NCBI GenBank assembly: GCA_020632535.1
Contig: JACKFJ010000001.1
Span: 154,890-218,889 of the forward strand
DNA length: 64,000 bases
Origin: Candidatus Omnitrophota bacterium
GTDB lineage: Bacteria; Omnitrophota; Gorgyraeia; Zapsychrales; JANLHA01
Reading direction: 5' to 3'
Positions 20,008-28,532 of this stretch are shown one piece after another. How positions within the stretch are numbered: the stretch's first letter is position 1; every line of letters begins with the position of its first letter. Both the position numbers and the translations under genes were made by a program. The notes under the pieces are model-generated. The model was not told the origin of the DNA. It searched no databases and was given only the letters and a program-made list of their open reading frames with translations.

Positions 20008-20370
20008 ATGATACGTTCTCGAATTTTCATCTTATTTTTTTTCCTTATATTCATCGTCGGTTGCGCTGGTACGTCAAAAACTATGACACGTCCACAAGCG
20101 CCGGGAGAAAGTCGTGCGGAAGTCGTTTCGGCGATGGAACATGTTTTAGGGGCCGTTAGCGGCAAGACAATTGATGAAAAAGATTTGAGGAAACTTAATA
20201 ATGATATCGAGAAAGATCCGCAAGCTAAGAGCGCGGTTCAAACGATTAGTAATGCTGTTAGTGGACAGGGTCCTGCTGTCCGATATTGTCCTGTGGACGG
20301 CGAACGCTACAGTCCCAAATTTACGGAATGTCCTGTGCATCACGTCTCCTTAAAAATTTTAACGCAGTAG
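20008..20370 (+). CDS. Small lipoprotein with a C-terminal Cys/His zinc-ribbon-like motif
   Basis: Start trimmed to the ATG at 20008. Lipobox FIVGC. C-terminus is RYCPVDGERYSPKFTECPVHHVSL. Confidence 0.6.
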   Translation: MIRSRIFILFFFLIFIVGCAGTSKTMTRPQAPGESRAEVVSAMEHVLGAVSGKTIDEKDLRKLNNDIEKDPQAKSAVQTISNAVSGQGPAVRYCPVDGERYSPKFTECPVHHVSLKILTQ

Positions 20371-20388
20371 CAATGAAAGTCATTAGGC

Positions 20389-20955
20389 ATGCCTTTGACA
20401 TTCGCGAATAAAATTACGTTGACGCGTATTTTGGTTGTACCGTTTTTTATTATTGCCGTGCTTTCTTATTCGACAGAGCATGACTATTTGCGATATTTGG
20501 CTTTGGGTGTGTTTGTGTTCGCGTCTTTGAGTGATATTCTTGACGGATATATTGCCAGAACGCGTAATCAAAAAACCGAAGTCGGCGCGATTCTTGACCC
20601 AATTGCTGATAAAATTCTTTTGATGAGCGCGTTTATTTGTTTGTATGTCGCGGCGCATAATTTTCCGGTCATGAATTTTCCGGTATGGCTGGTGGTGGCA
20701 GTGATCAGCCGTGACGTGATGCTTGTCGTCGGATCGGTTTTGGTTTTTATGTTTACCGGCCAATTGAAAATGACGGTATCGGTATGGGGCAAGGGCGCGA
20801 CATTTTTTCAGGGTCTTTGTGTTATGGGACTTTTGTTGCAATGGTCGTGGACGTCTATGATTTGGTACATTGCTTTTATTTTTACCGTGATCTCAGGCGC
20901 GGATTATTTTCGAAAAGGATTTTATCTTTTGAACACAACATCGGTGAAAAATTAA
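20389..20955 (+). CDS. pgsA: CDP-alcohol phosphatidyltransferase (PgsA-like)
   Basis: DILDGYIARTRNQKTEVGAILDPIADK, which fits D-G-x2-A-R-x8-G-x3-D-x3-D. Multi-TM protein. Confidence 0.85.
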   Translation: MPLTFANKITLTRILVVPFFIIAVLSYSTEHDYLRYLALGVFVFASLSDILDGYIARTRNQKTEVGAILDPIADKILLMSAFICLYVAAHNFPVMNFPVWLVVAVISRDVMLVVGSVLVFMFTGQLKMTVSVWGKGATFFQGLCVMGLLLQWSWTSMIWYIAFIFTVISGADYFRKGFYLLNTTSVKN

Positions 20956-20956
20956 T

Positions 20957-21583
20957 ATGATTCCAATTTTGGGCGGTTTATTATTGAGTTATCTTTTGGG
21001 GTCTATTCCGACGGCATACCTTTTTGGTAGAATTTTTAATGGCATTGATATTCGCCAGCATGGATCGGGAAATGTTGGCGCGACCAATGCCTTTCGTATT
21101 CTCGGCAAGAAGTTAGGAACTATTGTCCTTCTGTTGGATATTCTTAAAGGTGTGATTGCGATTACGGTTATAGGTAATATTTTTCATTTGGATCTGGTGT
21201 ATTTGCGCGTCCTCTTGGGCGTTATGGTCGTTATTGGTCACAATTGGACGGTTTTTTTGCAGTTTAAAGGCGGTAAGGGGATAGCTACAAGTCTGGGTGT
21301 TTTGATCGGTTTAGCGATTCAGTATGAAGTGTTGCGTATTGTGTTGGCTTTGACTCTTTTTGCGTGGATTGTGCCATTTATAATTACGGGTTATGTGTCT
21401 TTGGCTTCGCTTATTGCCGCGGTCGTGTTGCCTTTGGCAATGTTTTCGGTGCGTACGCCAATTGAGTTAAGGATTTTGGGATTAGTATTCTGTGTGTTTG
21501 TTGTTGTGCGGCATATTGAAAATATCAAGCGGCTTTTAGCCGGTCAAGAACGACGGGTTAATTTCCCATTTAAGCGAAAATAA
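20957..21583 (+). CDS. plsY: Glycerol-3-phosphate acyltransferase PlsY
   Basis: LGSIPTAYL, GSGNVGATNAFR, HNWTVFLQFKGGKG. Confidence 0.9.
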   Translation: MIPILGGLLLSYLLGSIPTAYLFGRIFNGIDIRQHGSGNVGATNAFRILGKKLGTIVLLLDILKGVIAITVIGNIFHLDLVYLRVLLGVMVVIGHNWTVFLQFKGGKGIATSLGVLIGLAIQYEVLRIVLALTLFAWIVPFIITGYVSLASLIAAVVLPLAMFSVRTPIELRILGLVFCVFVVVRHIENIKRLLAGQERRVNFPFKRK

Positions 21584-21687
21584 ATTTTTGCGCAGATTTT
21601 TCTGTAATAATCTCTTTTAAATATTCCCGACGACATTATCTGTTTTTTGGGGTTAGGAAGCGGTTTCTTGCAAACCTGCTTACGACC

Positions 21688-21715
21688 TTGTTGTGTCAAG
21701 CTTGCGTGGTATACT
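21688..21715 (+). promoter_or_regulatory. Promoter candidate for the orphan ORF 21752-22105
   Basis: TTGTTG (21688-21693), a 16-nt spacer, then extended -10 TGgTATACT (hexamer 21710-21715). Confidence 0.35.
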
Positions 21716-21751
21716 TCGATTGTAACTTAGATCTGTCAACTTGGAGAAGTC

Positions 21752-22105
21752 ATGAAAACCGTAGAGTATAAGAAAAGACACTCCCTCAAATATCGCCGCA
21801 AGGTGATTTCCATTAATGAACATAATGAAGACAAAGACTGTAAGACGCGTGTCCACAAAAGTTTTGTGTACGTAGTTGCTGAAATCCCCCAAATCACAGG
21901 CGCTTTGTCGGAACCCAATGTCTATATTCGTAAGCGATTTAATAGCAAAACCCAAGAAGAATATTTTGCGTTTAAGGTCAAAGGCGCGTTTTATATGAAT
22001 CGCGGCCGCAGTATTTTTAAAGTCAATTTTTGTCACGCCTTGCGCATCAATATCGCGTGGAAATACAAGATATTCTCCCCCCAAAAGTCAGTGAATCTGA
22101 CTTAG
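21752..22105 (+). CDS. Hypothetical basic (K/R-rich) 117-aa protein
   Basis: ATG with GGAGA 5 nt upstream. A candidate promoter lies upstream and a strong terminator downstream. A 134-aa TTG-initiated ORF fully overlaps it on the - strand, so the coding strand is not certain. Confidence 0.4.
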   Translation: MKTVEYKKRHSLKYRRKVISINEHNEDKDCKTRVHKSFVYVVAEIPQITGALSEPNVYIRKRFNSKTQEEYFAFKVKGAFYMNRGRSIFKVNFCHALRINIAWKYKIFSPQKSVNLT

Positions 22106-22135
22106 CTTCACGTGGCGTAAAAACCACACCCCAGT

Positions 22136-22167
22136 AGCGGAAGGCAATGCCTTCCGCTATTTTTTTG
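22136..22167 (+). terminator. Rho-independent terminator
   Basis: AGCGGAAGGC AAT GCCTTCCGCT (10-bp GC-rich stem) followed by ATTTTTTT. Confidence 0.8.
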
Positions 22168-22317
22168 TTTGGATTTGAGCGAAAGAAAAGGCAATTAAAA
22201 TATTAATAAGAAGGGGTAGGCAGAAAAAAACTTTGTGTTAAAATACGAACACGGAATTTTGATTGAGTTTAGATTCGTATGTATACATTTTAATTTAATA
22301 CTTACAAGGAGGGTGTG

Positions 22318-22773
22318 ATGGTTCAAGGATTTATTTTAGCTGTTGGGATGTTGGTTTTGTTAACAGGGTGTGCGACGACGCAGCAGGGCCCTTCAACTGC
22401 GGATTTGCAAATGAGAGTGACCGATCTTGAAAATCAGATCGCGGCTAAAGATGCCGAGATCAAAGATTTAAAATATACGATGAAAGATTTATCGTATGAC
22501 ATGGATCGATCCAAGGCGCATCGTGGCAGCAGCAGTAGCAGTAAGCCTTTTAATTATGCTAAGAATGATGAGATTTTGCGCGTTAAAGTAAGTGCTGAAA
22601 AAGTGCAAGAAGCGCTTAAGACGGCAGGTTATTATAAGGGGAATGTTGATGGTAAATTAGGGACTGGGACTAAAGCAGCCATAACGAAGTTTCAGAAAGA
22701 TCATGGTCTTAAGGCTGACGGTATTGTTGGCGAGAGAACATGGGGCGAATTAAAGCGCGCGTCGGGAGAATAA
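22318..22773 (+). CDS. Lipoprotein with coiled-coil segment and C-terminal peptidoglycan-binding (PG_binding_1-like) domain
   Basis: AGGAGGG RBS 4 nt before ATG 22318. Lipobox LLTGC. C-terminus is GYYKGNVDGKLGTGTKAAITKFQKDHGLKADGIVGERTW. Confidence 0.75.
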   Translation: MVQGFILAVGMLVLLTGCATTQQGPSTADLQMRVTDLENQIAAKDAEIKDLKYTMKDLSYDMDRSKAHRGSSSSSKPFNYAKNDEILRVKVSAEKVQEALKTAGYYKGNVDGKLGTGTKAAITKFQKDHGLKADGIVGERTWGELKRASGE

Positions 22774-22780
22774 TTCTTAC

Positions 22781-23638
22781 GTGATTTCGGTAAGTGTTTT
22801 AGGCTGCGGATGGTTAGGTTTTTCGCTGGCACAGGCTTTACTTAACGAGGGGTATTTCGTTAAGGGTTCGACGACAACTTTAGAAAAAATCCCTGTTTTA
22901 AAAAAGGCAGGGATTTTTTCTTTGTATCTGCAAGTTAATGGTGTGGTTGTAGGTGAAGGTGTGGAGGATTTTTTTAAGAGTCAGATTGTTATTATTACGT
23001 TGCCTTTTCGTCGAGACTTTCTTGATCCGCGGGATTATCAAAAGCAAATTCGTGCCATTATTTTTGAATGCGAGAAAAGTGCGCAAGTTAAGCGCGTGAT
23101 CTTTACGAGTTCGACGTCGGTTTATCCTGATCAGATTGGCACGGCGCTAGAAGATGTTGCCTTTAGCCCTGACGATAATCGGGGGAAAGTTTTGCGTGAA
23201 ATTGAAAAGGAACTTTTGGGAAACACGCATTTTTCGTCAACAATTGTCCGTTTTGCCGGATTGTATGGACCCAAGAGAAAAATCGGTGGCTTTCTCGCTG
23301 GCAAGAAAGAATTGTCGGGTGGCAATAATCGCGTGAATTTGATTCATCGGGATGACGCGGTCGGAATTATTGCGGCGATTATTCGCCAAGGTGTTGGTGG
23401 AGAAATTTTTAATGGTTGTTCGGACATTCATCCGACGCGCAATGAACTTTATACGGCAGCGGCGAAGGCAATGGGATTGACGGTTCCGGAATTTTGTGAT
23501 GAGGCAGAAACGGTTTCGAAAATTGTGAGCAATGAGAAGGTGAAAAAAATCTTGGGGTACAAATTTATTCATCCGGATCCGCTGCAAGATGTCGCATCCC
23601 CTTGCGAGGAGTCCCGAAGGGACGACGTGGCAATCTAA
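22781..23638 (+). CDS. NAD(P)-dependent epimerase/dehydratase-like (extended SDR) protein; C-terminal 14 aa encoded by a REP-like element
   Basis: GTG start. VSVLGCGWLGFSLAQAL Rossmann-like motif. The tail ASPCEESRRDDVAI* coincides with repeat copy 23597-23636. Confidence 0.7.
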   Translation: MISVSVLGCGWLGFSLAQALLNEGYFVKGSTTTLEKIPVLKKAGIFSLYLQVNGVVVGEGVEDFFKSQIVIITLPFRRDFLDPRDYQKQIRAIIFECEKSAQVKRVIFTSSTSVYPDQIGTALEDVAFSPDDNRGKVLREIEKELLGNTHFSSTIVRFAGLYGPKRKIGGFLAGKKELSGGNNRVNLIHRDDAVGIIAAIIRQGVGGEIFNGCSDIHPTRNELYTAAAKAMGLTVPEFCDEAETVSKIVSNEKVKKILGYKFIHPDPLQDVASPCEESRRDDVAI

Positions 23639-23707
23639 ATGAGATTGCTTCGGCGCTTCGCTTCTCGCAATGGGTGTGTATGCTTCGGCCTTACGGCCTC
23701 GCAATGG
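23597..23707. repeat. REP-like family 1 cluster: one forward and two reverse copies
   Basis: Forward copy: CCCTTGCGAGGAGTCCCGAAGGGACGACGTGGCAATCT (23597-23636). Reverse copies: AGATTGCTTCGGCGCTTCGCTTCTCGCAATGGG (23642-23674) and GCTTCGGCCTTACGGCCTCGCAATGG (23682-23707). Confidence 0.8.
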
Positions 23708-23717
23708 GAGAGATATT

Positions 23718-24323
23718 TTAACCGCGTTGGTAAAGCAGATTGCTTTTTTTAGAAGAGGGATCGAGTTCGGATGAGCTTGAATAATTGTACGCGTCAGTGA
23801 CTTCTTGCGCGAAGGCCATCAAGTCAGAAGCTGAGGATGATTTGAGTTTGGCATTGTCGAACCAATAAAATTTTCCGCGATATTCAAATGCACAAATGGC
23901 GTGCGCGTTTTGTGATGACTTTAAAGTCACAACATACGGTTTGTAGCCTAGAACACGCAAGACCAGTGAATTGAGAAAAGCAAAGTCTTCGCAATCACCA
24001 CGTTTGGCTTTTAAAAATTCTTGGGGTGTTAACCATTGATCTTGCATTTTGCCTTCGGCTTGGTATGTCATCGTACGTTCCAGCCAAGCGGCGTAATCTT
24101 CAATTGAGCGAATACGATTTTGTGTTACGATTGTTACGATATTCTGATCCAATTGAACTGGTCGTGAAACTAAAACACCACTATTTGCAGAGCGTTCTTG
24201 TGTAATATGAAATCCGCGAATTGGAATAGTTTGATCGGCAAAGCAGGGCAAAGCCAATGTCGTAAGAGTGATCACGATTAAGTTTAAATTCACGATTGAT
24301 TTGAAAATTAGTGTTTTTATCAT
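23718..24323 (-). CDS. Periplasmic transglutaminase-like cysteine peptidase (BTLCP/LapG-like)
   Basis: Start trimmed to M61 of the track ORF (ATG complement at 24321-24323), which gives a signal peptide MIKTLIFKSIVNLNLIVITLTTLALPCFA. C-H-D-type pattern: KRGDCEDFAFLNSLVLRVLGY...NAHAICAF...YWFDN. Confidence 0.7.
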   Translation of the reverse strand: MIKTLIFKSIVNLNLIVITLTTLALPCFADQTIPIRGFHITQERSANSGVLVSRPVQLDQNIVTIVTQNRIRSIEDYAAWLERTMTYQAEGKMQDQWLTPQEFLKAKRGDCEDFAFLNSLVLRVLGYKPYVVTLKSSQNAHAICAFEYRGKFYWFDNAKLKSSSASDLMAFAQEVTDAYNYSSSSELDPSSKKSNLLYQRG

Positions 24324-24431
24324 AAAATAAAGCCTAAGAAAGCCCTTTCTTGGTTGTGCGATAAAGCGAAGATTATACCAGAATTGAATAAAATACACAA
24401 TAAATACATATTTTGAGGGTTTTTCGACAAA

Positions 24432-25376
24432 ATGATCAAATTTAAGCCAATTTTGACTGTTACTCTCAATCCCGCGATTGACAAAAGCGCGGAGATTCGT
24501 CATTTTTGTGCCAATACTGAAAATCGTGCCACGAAAATTATTACCACCGCCGGAGGAAAGGGTATTAATGTCAGCCGTGCTTTGGCGTCTTTGGGTTTGA
24601 AATCCATTTGTGCCGGTTTTGCCGGAGGGGCGAGTGGGCAGAATCTTTTACGTTCTTTACTCTTGGAGGGATTGGAACACAATTTTGTCTTTATTCAAGG
24701 AGAAACGCGGGTTAATTTGACCGTCCGCGATCCAAAAAGTGGTCGTTTGACCCGTATTTTGGAACCGGGGCCGGTCATTGACAAAAAGGATTTGGTGAGT
24801 TTTCGTCATAAATATCAGCGCTTGGTTAAGCAAAGTGATTGGGTTGTGCTAAGCGGGCGCGGGATTGGGGGAACGCCGGCTGATTTTTATCGTGAGCTTG
24901 TCACGCTGGGTCGTAAAGCCGCAAGTAAAGTGATTGTTGATACAAGTGCGGGTGATTTATTGGCGGCACTCAAGGGCAAACCTTATTTAGTGAAAGTCAA
25001 TCGAGAAGAAGCCCAGAGTGTTTTAAAAAGTCCATTGCGCAATCGTTTACAATTACGCAATGCTTTGAAGAAATTGTTAAGTTTGGGAAGTCAGCAGGTG
25101 ATTATTACTTTGGGAGCGCAAGGTGCGGTGGCAACAGACGGAAAAATATTTTGTTACGCGATATGTCCTAAAGTTAAAGTTCGCAACACGATTGGTTTAG
25201 GTGATGCTTTGACGGCCGGATGTGTCTGCGCGCTTTCGCAAAACAGTAGTTTTCGTGACGCGCTCGCGTTCGGTGTGGCCGCGGGAACAGCTAATGCTTT
25301 GGCGTCGGTGCCGGGGGAATTGGACCGTAGTCAGTTGGGTGGAATTTTGCAGAAGGTGATTGTGAAAGATTTTTAG
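24432..25376 (+). CDS. pfkB: PfkB-family sugar kinase (1-phosphofructokinase/tagatose-6-P kinase type)
   Basis: LTVTLNPAIDK, TAGGKGINVSRAL, and C-terminal GLGDALTAG. Confidence 0.85.
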   Translation: MIKFKPILTVTLNPAIDKSAEIRHFCANTENRATKIITTAGGKGINVSRALASLGLKSICAGFAGGASGQNLLRSLLLEGLEHNFVFIQGETRVNLTVRDPKSGRLTRILEPGPVIDKKDLVSFRHKYQRLVKQSDWVVLSGRGIGGTPADFYRELVTLGRKAASKVIVDTSAGDLLAALKGKPYLVKVNREEAQSVLKSPLRNRLQLRNALKKLLSLGSQQVIITLGAQGAVATDGKIFCYAICPKVKVRNTIGLGDALTAGCVCALSQNSSFRDALAFGVAAGTANALASVPGELDRSQLGGILQKVIVKDF

Positions 25377-25415
25377 CACTGGTAGAATACATTTTGTTTA
25401 CGAAAGGAAATTTTT

Positions 25416-26078
25416 ATGGTCATGACCGACACAGAACTTTATGAACAAAAACAAAAAGAGAAAAAACTCAAGAGTAGTATCGCTGGAGATTTGATCCGTG
25501 ATCAACTCATTGAACATTCCAAAGTTTTTAAAACTGCGTGGCTCAATTTGGGGCAAGGGTTATATCCCGTCTATAAAGATAAGCTTTTTACGGCGTGGGG
25601 TTTTGAAAAGTTTGAGCATTATACTGAAGGTGAACTTGGTGTTAATAAAGAGACCGCTACGAAGCTTTTGAAAACATATTTCTTCCTCGAGCAGGACGAG
25701 CCGGATTATCTAAAGAAAGATTTTTCGGTTGATCGTGATCCCGCGCAAGTGCCCGGTTATGACGCTCTTAATGTTTTGCGTCTGGCTCGTGCGAGCAAAG
25801 AGCTTAATAAGGATGATTACGCTCAACTCAAAGAGGCCGTTTTTGAAAAGGGCCGTGAAGCGTCCGAAGTGCGTAAAGATTTAACGGGCATCATGAAGGA
25901 GCGCAAGAAGGTTGATCCCGACGAGGAGCGTGAAAAGCGTAATACGGCGGCGTTAAAGAAATTGATCAATGCTTTGCATACCTTCCAAAAAGATATGGAA
26001 GCTTTAAAGCTCGCTCCGCCAAGTCTCGTCGAGGAAGTTAACAGTCTTATGAAAAAGCTTGCTGAGGAAGTTCAATAG
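25416..26078 (+). CDS. Hypothetical K/E-rich protein with a possible HTH segment
   Basis: 220-aa ORF. WGFEKFEHYTEGELGVNKETATKLLKTY looks HTH-like. No family recognised. Confidence 0.6.
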   Translation: MVMTDTELYEQKQKEKKLKSSIAGDLIRDQLIEHSKVFKTAWLNLGQGLYPVYKDKLFTAWGFEKFEHYTEGELGVNKETATKLLKTYFFLEQDEPDYLKKDFSVDRDPAQVPGYDALNVLRLARASKELNKDDYAQLKEAVFEKGREASEVRKDLTGIMKERKKVDPDEEREKRNTAALKKLINALHTFQKDMEALKLAPPSLVEEVNSLMKKLAEEVQ

Positions 26079-26084
26079 GATTGT

Positions 26085-27125
26085 ATGGCCCAAACCGCGC
26101 CTTTGGATATTGCCAATCTTAGCGAAGAGCAAATGCTGGCTTTGCGCATTTGTGATTTGCCGTTAAGTATTGAAGGAACGTGGTTAAAGGATTGTATTGA
26201 TCAGCTGTATAGTGAACTTGACGCCAAGGGATTAAAATTTCGTCCGGTGTGTTATCTTGCGGATGAATGGTTGACGCCCTTAGGTGAGCCGGTCATTGGG
26301 ATTCCGTTTTATCTCGCGCACCCGACGTTGACGCGACTCGAAAAGAAAATGATGCTTGAGGCTGAGGGTGAGACAAAAGAAGAATGCATGAAGCTTTTGC
26401 GTCACGAATGCGGGCACGCCATCAGTTATGCTTATCAACTTCACAAGAAAAAACGTTGGCAGCATGTTTTTGGGCCGTCGTCAAAGGAATACGGTGACAC
26501 CTTTCGCTTTCGGCCATACAGTAAAAATTATGTGCGGCATTTGGACGGCTTTTATGCGCAGTTTCATCCCGATGAGGATTTTGTTGAAACGTTCGCGGTG
26601 TGGCTAACGCCGTCATCAGATTGGCAGAAAACATATCAGGGCTGGCCGGCCTTAAAGAAATTATTGTACGTTTCGGACTTGATGGCGTCGGTTACAGGCA
26701 AAGACGCTTTGACGAGAAAGAATACTCAGCATTGGCATTTTAAGGGTATCAAGGCGACGTTAAATAATTTTTATAAAAAGAAGCGCGAATTTTGGGCGGA
26801 AGAATTTCCTGATTTTCACGACGGGAATTTGAGAGAAATTTTTAAAGAAACGATCGCAGGTACGAACTCTGGGGCAGCTGCGGAATTCTTAAAACGTCAT
26901 CAAAAGCGTATTGTCACGGATATTGTGCGCTGGACGGGTGAACGCAAATATGTCGTCAGTAATCTTATTAAGGCGGCGACATTACGGGCGCGTGAACTTA
27001 AACTGACGACACCGCAAGACCAGACGCTTACATTGGCAAATCTCAGCGTTTATATTACAACATTGGTTATGAATTATATTTACACGGGCTGGTATCGTGG
27101 TGATGAACGAAAGAAAAAACGATGA
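26085..27125 (+). CDS. Putative zinc metallopeptidase (HExxH; resembles the Peptidase_Mx type found beside ATP-grasp genes)
   Basis: LLRHECGHAISYAY (HExxH) and downstream FHPDEDFVETFAVWL. 346 aa. Confidence 0.7.
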   Translation: MAQTAPLDIANLSEEQMLALRICDLPLSIEGTWLKDCIDQLYSELDAKGLKFRPVCYLADEWLTPLGEPVIGIPFYLAHPTLTRLEKKMMLEAEGETKEECMKLLRHECGHAISYAYQLHKKKRWQHVFGPSSKEYGDTFRFRPYSKNYVRHLDGFYAQFHPDEDFVETFAVWLTPSSDWQKTYQGWPALKKLLYVSDLMASVTGKDALTRKNTQHWHFKGIKATLNNFYKKKREFWAEEFPDFHDGNLREIFKETIAGTNSGAAAEFLKRHQKRIVTDIVRWTGERKYVVSNLIKAATLRARELKLTTPQDQTLTLANLSVYITTLVMNYIYTGWYRGDERKKKR

Positions 27126-28171
27126 AAAAGAAATTGAAAGTTTTGGAGCTTTTTCATACCCCGTACGAGACTCCACGTGGTTATGATTTTAAAGATGAAT
27201 TTAAAGATCCCGATAATATGTATACCGAGCGGGATGTGTATGAGGCTTTATTGGCTAATGGATACGAAGTCCGTCGGATGGGAATCTTTAATAATATTGC
27301 TCCGCTGTTAGAAGAGGTCAAAGAATTTAAGCCGGATGTGATTTTTAATTTGGTTGAAGTTTATAATGACAAAACGTATTTGGAAAAAAATATCGCGGCT
27401 CTTTTAGAATTGTTAGATATCCCTTACACGGGTGCGAATGCGGACGCACTTTTGATTTGCAATAATAAAGCTTTGAGTAAAAAGATTTTACGTTTTCATC
27501 GTCTCAAAGTTGCGCGTTTTCATACCTTTTATCGTGGGCAGAAAGTTTGGCGTCCACAAACCGTGAAACTGCCCGCGGTCATTAAACCGTTGTGCGAAGA
27601 GGCTTCGCGCGGGATTTCGCAGGCGTCCGTCGTTGACAATGACACGGCATTTGCCGAACGTATTAAGTTTATTCATGAGAATATGAATCTCGACGCGATC
27701 GCGGAAGAATATATTGAAGGCCGCGAGCTTTACGTGACGGTGATGGGGAGTAAAAAGTTGACGGTTTTGCCTCCGCGCGAGTTGAGTTTTGGTAATATGC
27801 CCGAAGATGAACCGCGCATTGCAACGTACAAGGCCAAATGGGATGACAAGTATCGTGATCGTTGGGGGATCAAAAGTGTTTCGGCGGATAAGCTTGCCGA
27901 CGGAGTCGCGCAAGATTTGATTGATACCTGCAAGCGCGCGTATCGGGCGCTTAATATGAACAGTTATGTGCGCTTTGATATTCGTGTCACCGCGGACAAT
28001 AAAATTTATTTTATCGAACCTAATGCGAATCCTTGTATCGCTAAGATTGATGAAATGGCACAGGCGTCACAAAAAGAGGGAATTGATTATAAGCATTTGA
28101 TTCGCCGCATTGTGAATATGGCGATTGCCAATCATAACCACGGAAATGTGAAAATCAACCGTAAAGGATAA
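27122..28171 (+). CDS. ATP-grasp domain protein (D-Ala-D-Ala ligase-like fold)
   Basis: ATGA overlap with the upstream gene. Motifs: NKALSKKILRFH, PAVIKPLCEEASRGI, EEYIEGRELYVTV, VRFDIRV...YFIEPNANP. Confidence 0.8.
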   Translation: MKKKLKVLELFHTPYETPRGYDFKDEFKDPDNMYTERDVYEALLANGYEVRRMGIFNNIAPLLEEVKEFKPDVIFNLVEVYNDKTYLEKNIAALLELLDIPYTGANADALLICNNKALSKKILRFHRLKVARFHTFYRGQKVWRPQTVKLPAVIKPLCEEASRGISQASVVDNDTAFAERIKFIHENMNLDAIAEEYIEGRELYVTVMGSKKLTVLPPRELSFGNMPEDEPRIATYKAKWDDKYRDRWGIKSVSADKLADGVAQDLIDTCKRAYRALNMNSYVRFDIRVTADNKIYFIEPNANPCIAKIDEMAQASQKEGIDYKHLIRRIVNMAIANHNHGNVKINRKG

Positions 28172-28172
28172 T

Positions 28173-28532
28173 ATGAAAAAGAAAATTCTTGTTATCGACG
28201 ATGACCGCATCAATACCAAAATTGTGAAATTGAATTTAGCGAAGGAAGGGTATCATATTGAGACGGCTTATGATGGTGATGAGGGGCTGGCGATGGTCCC
28301 GACTGTTGATCCGGATTTGATTATTTTGGATGTGAATATGCCCAACATGAACGGGTACACATTTATGCTCGAGATTCAAAAGTTTGACGCGCAAAAAAAT
28401 ACTCCGGTTATTGTGTTGACTGCGCAGGCGGATGTTCGTCCGATTTTTAATTTTAATGGCGTCAAAGATTATTTGGTTAAACCTGTAAGTGGTCCTGACC
28501 TCGTTGAAAAGGTAAAAAAACATGTCCGTTGA
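28173..28532 (+). CDS. Single-domain response regulator (CheY-like receiver)
   Basis: ILVIDDD, DLIILDVNMPNMNG (phospho-acceptor Asp), VLTAQ, VKP. 119 aa with no output domain. Confidence 0.85.
   Translation: MKKKILVIDDDRINTKIVKLNLAKEGYHIETAYDGDEGLAMVPTVDPDLIILDVNMPNMNGYTFMLEIQKFDAQKNTPVIVLTAQADVRPIFNFNGVKDYLVKPVSGPDLVEKVKKHVR

Noticed and set aside
19227-20165. 312-aa ORF on the - strand.
   Set aside because: It is entirely antisense to lepB, which has clear signal peptidase I motifs, and to the following lipoprotein gene. The translation is low-complexity and lacks motifs. It is a typical shadow ORF.
21680-22084. 134-aa minus-strand ORF considered as the real gene at this locus.
   Set aside because: This is not fully rejected. 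It is ranked below the + strand ORF for four reasons: it starts with TTG and has no visible RBS; the promoter-like element, RBS and terminator are all oriented for the + strand; and neighbouring genes are all on the + strand. It is kept as an open alternative in the findings.
21752-22105. Possible degraded IS200/IS605 TnpA (Y1 transposase), suggested by LKYRRKV and VHKSFVYVVAEIP, which vaguely resemble PKYRRxV and DHVHLLVxxP.
   Set aside because: The spacing between the motifs is about 10 residues too short. The HUH histidines are absent (VHK), the C-terminal Tyr region does not align, and there are no flanking hairpin ends. The resemblance is probably coincidental and would need HHpred to revisit.
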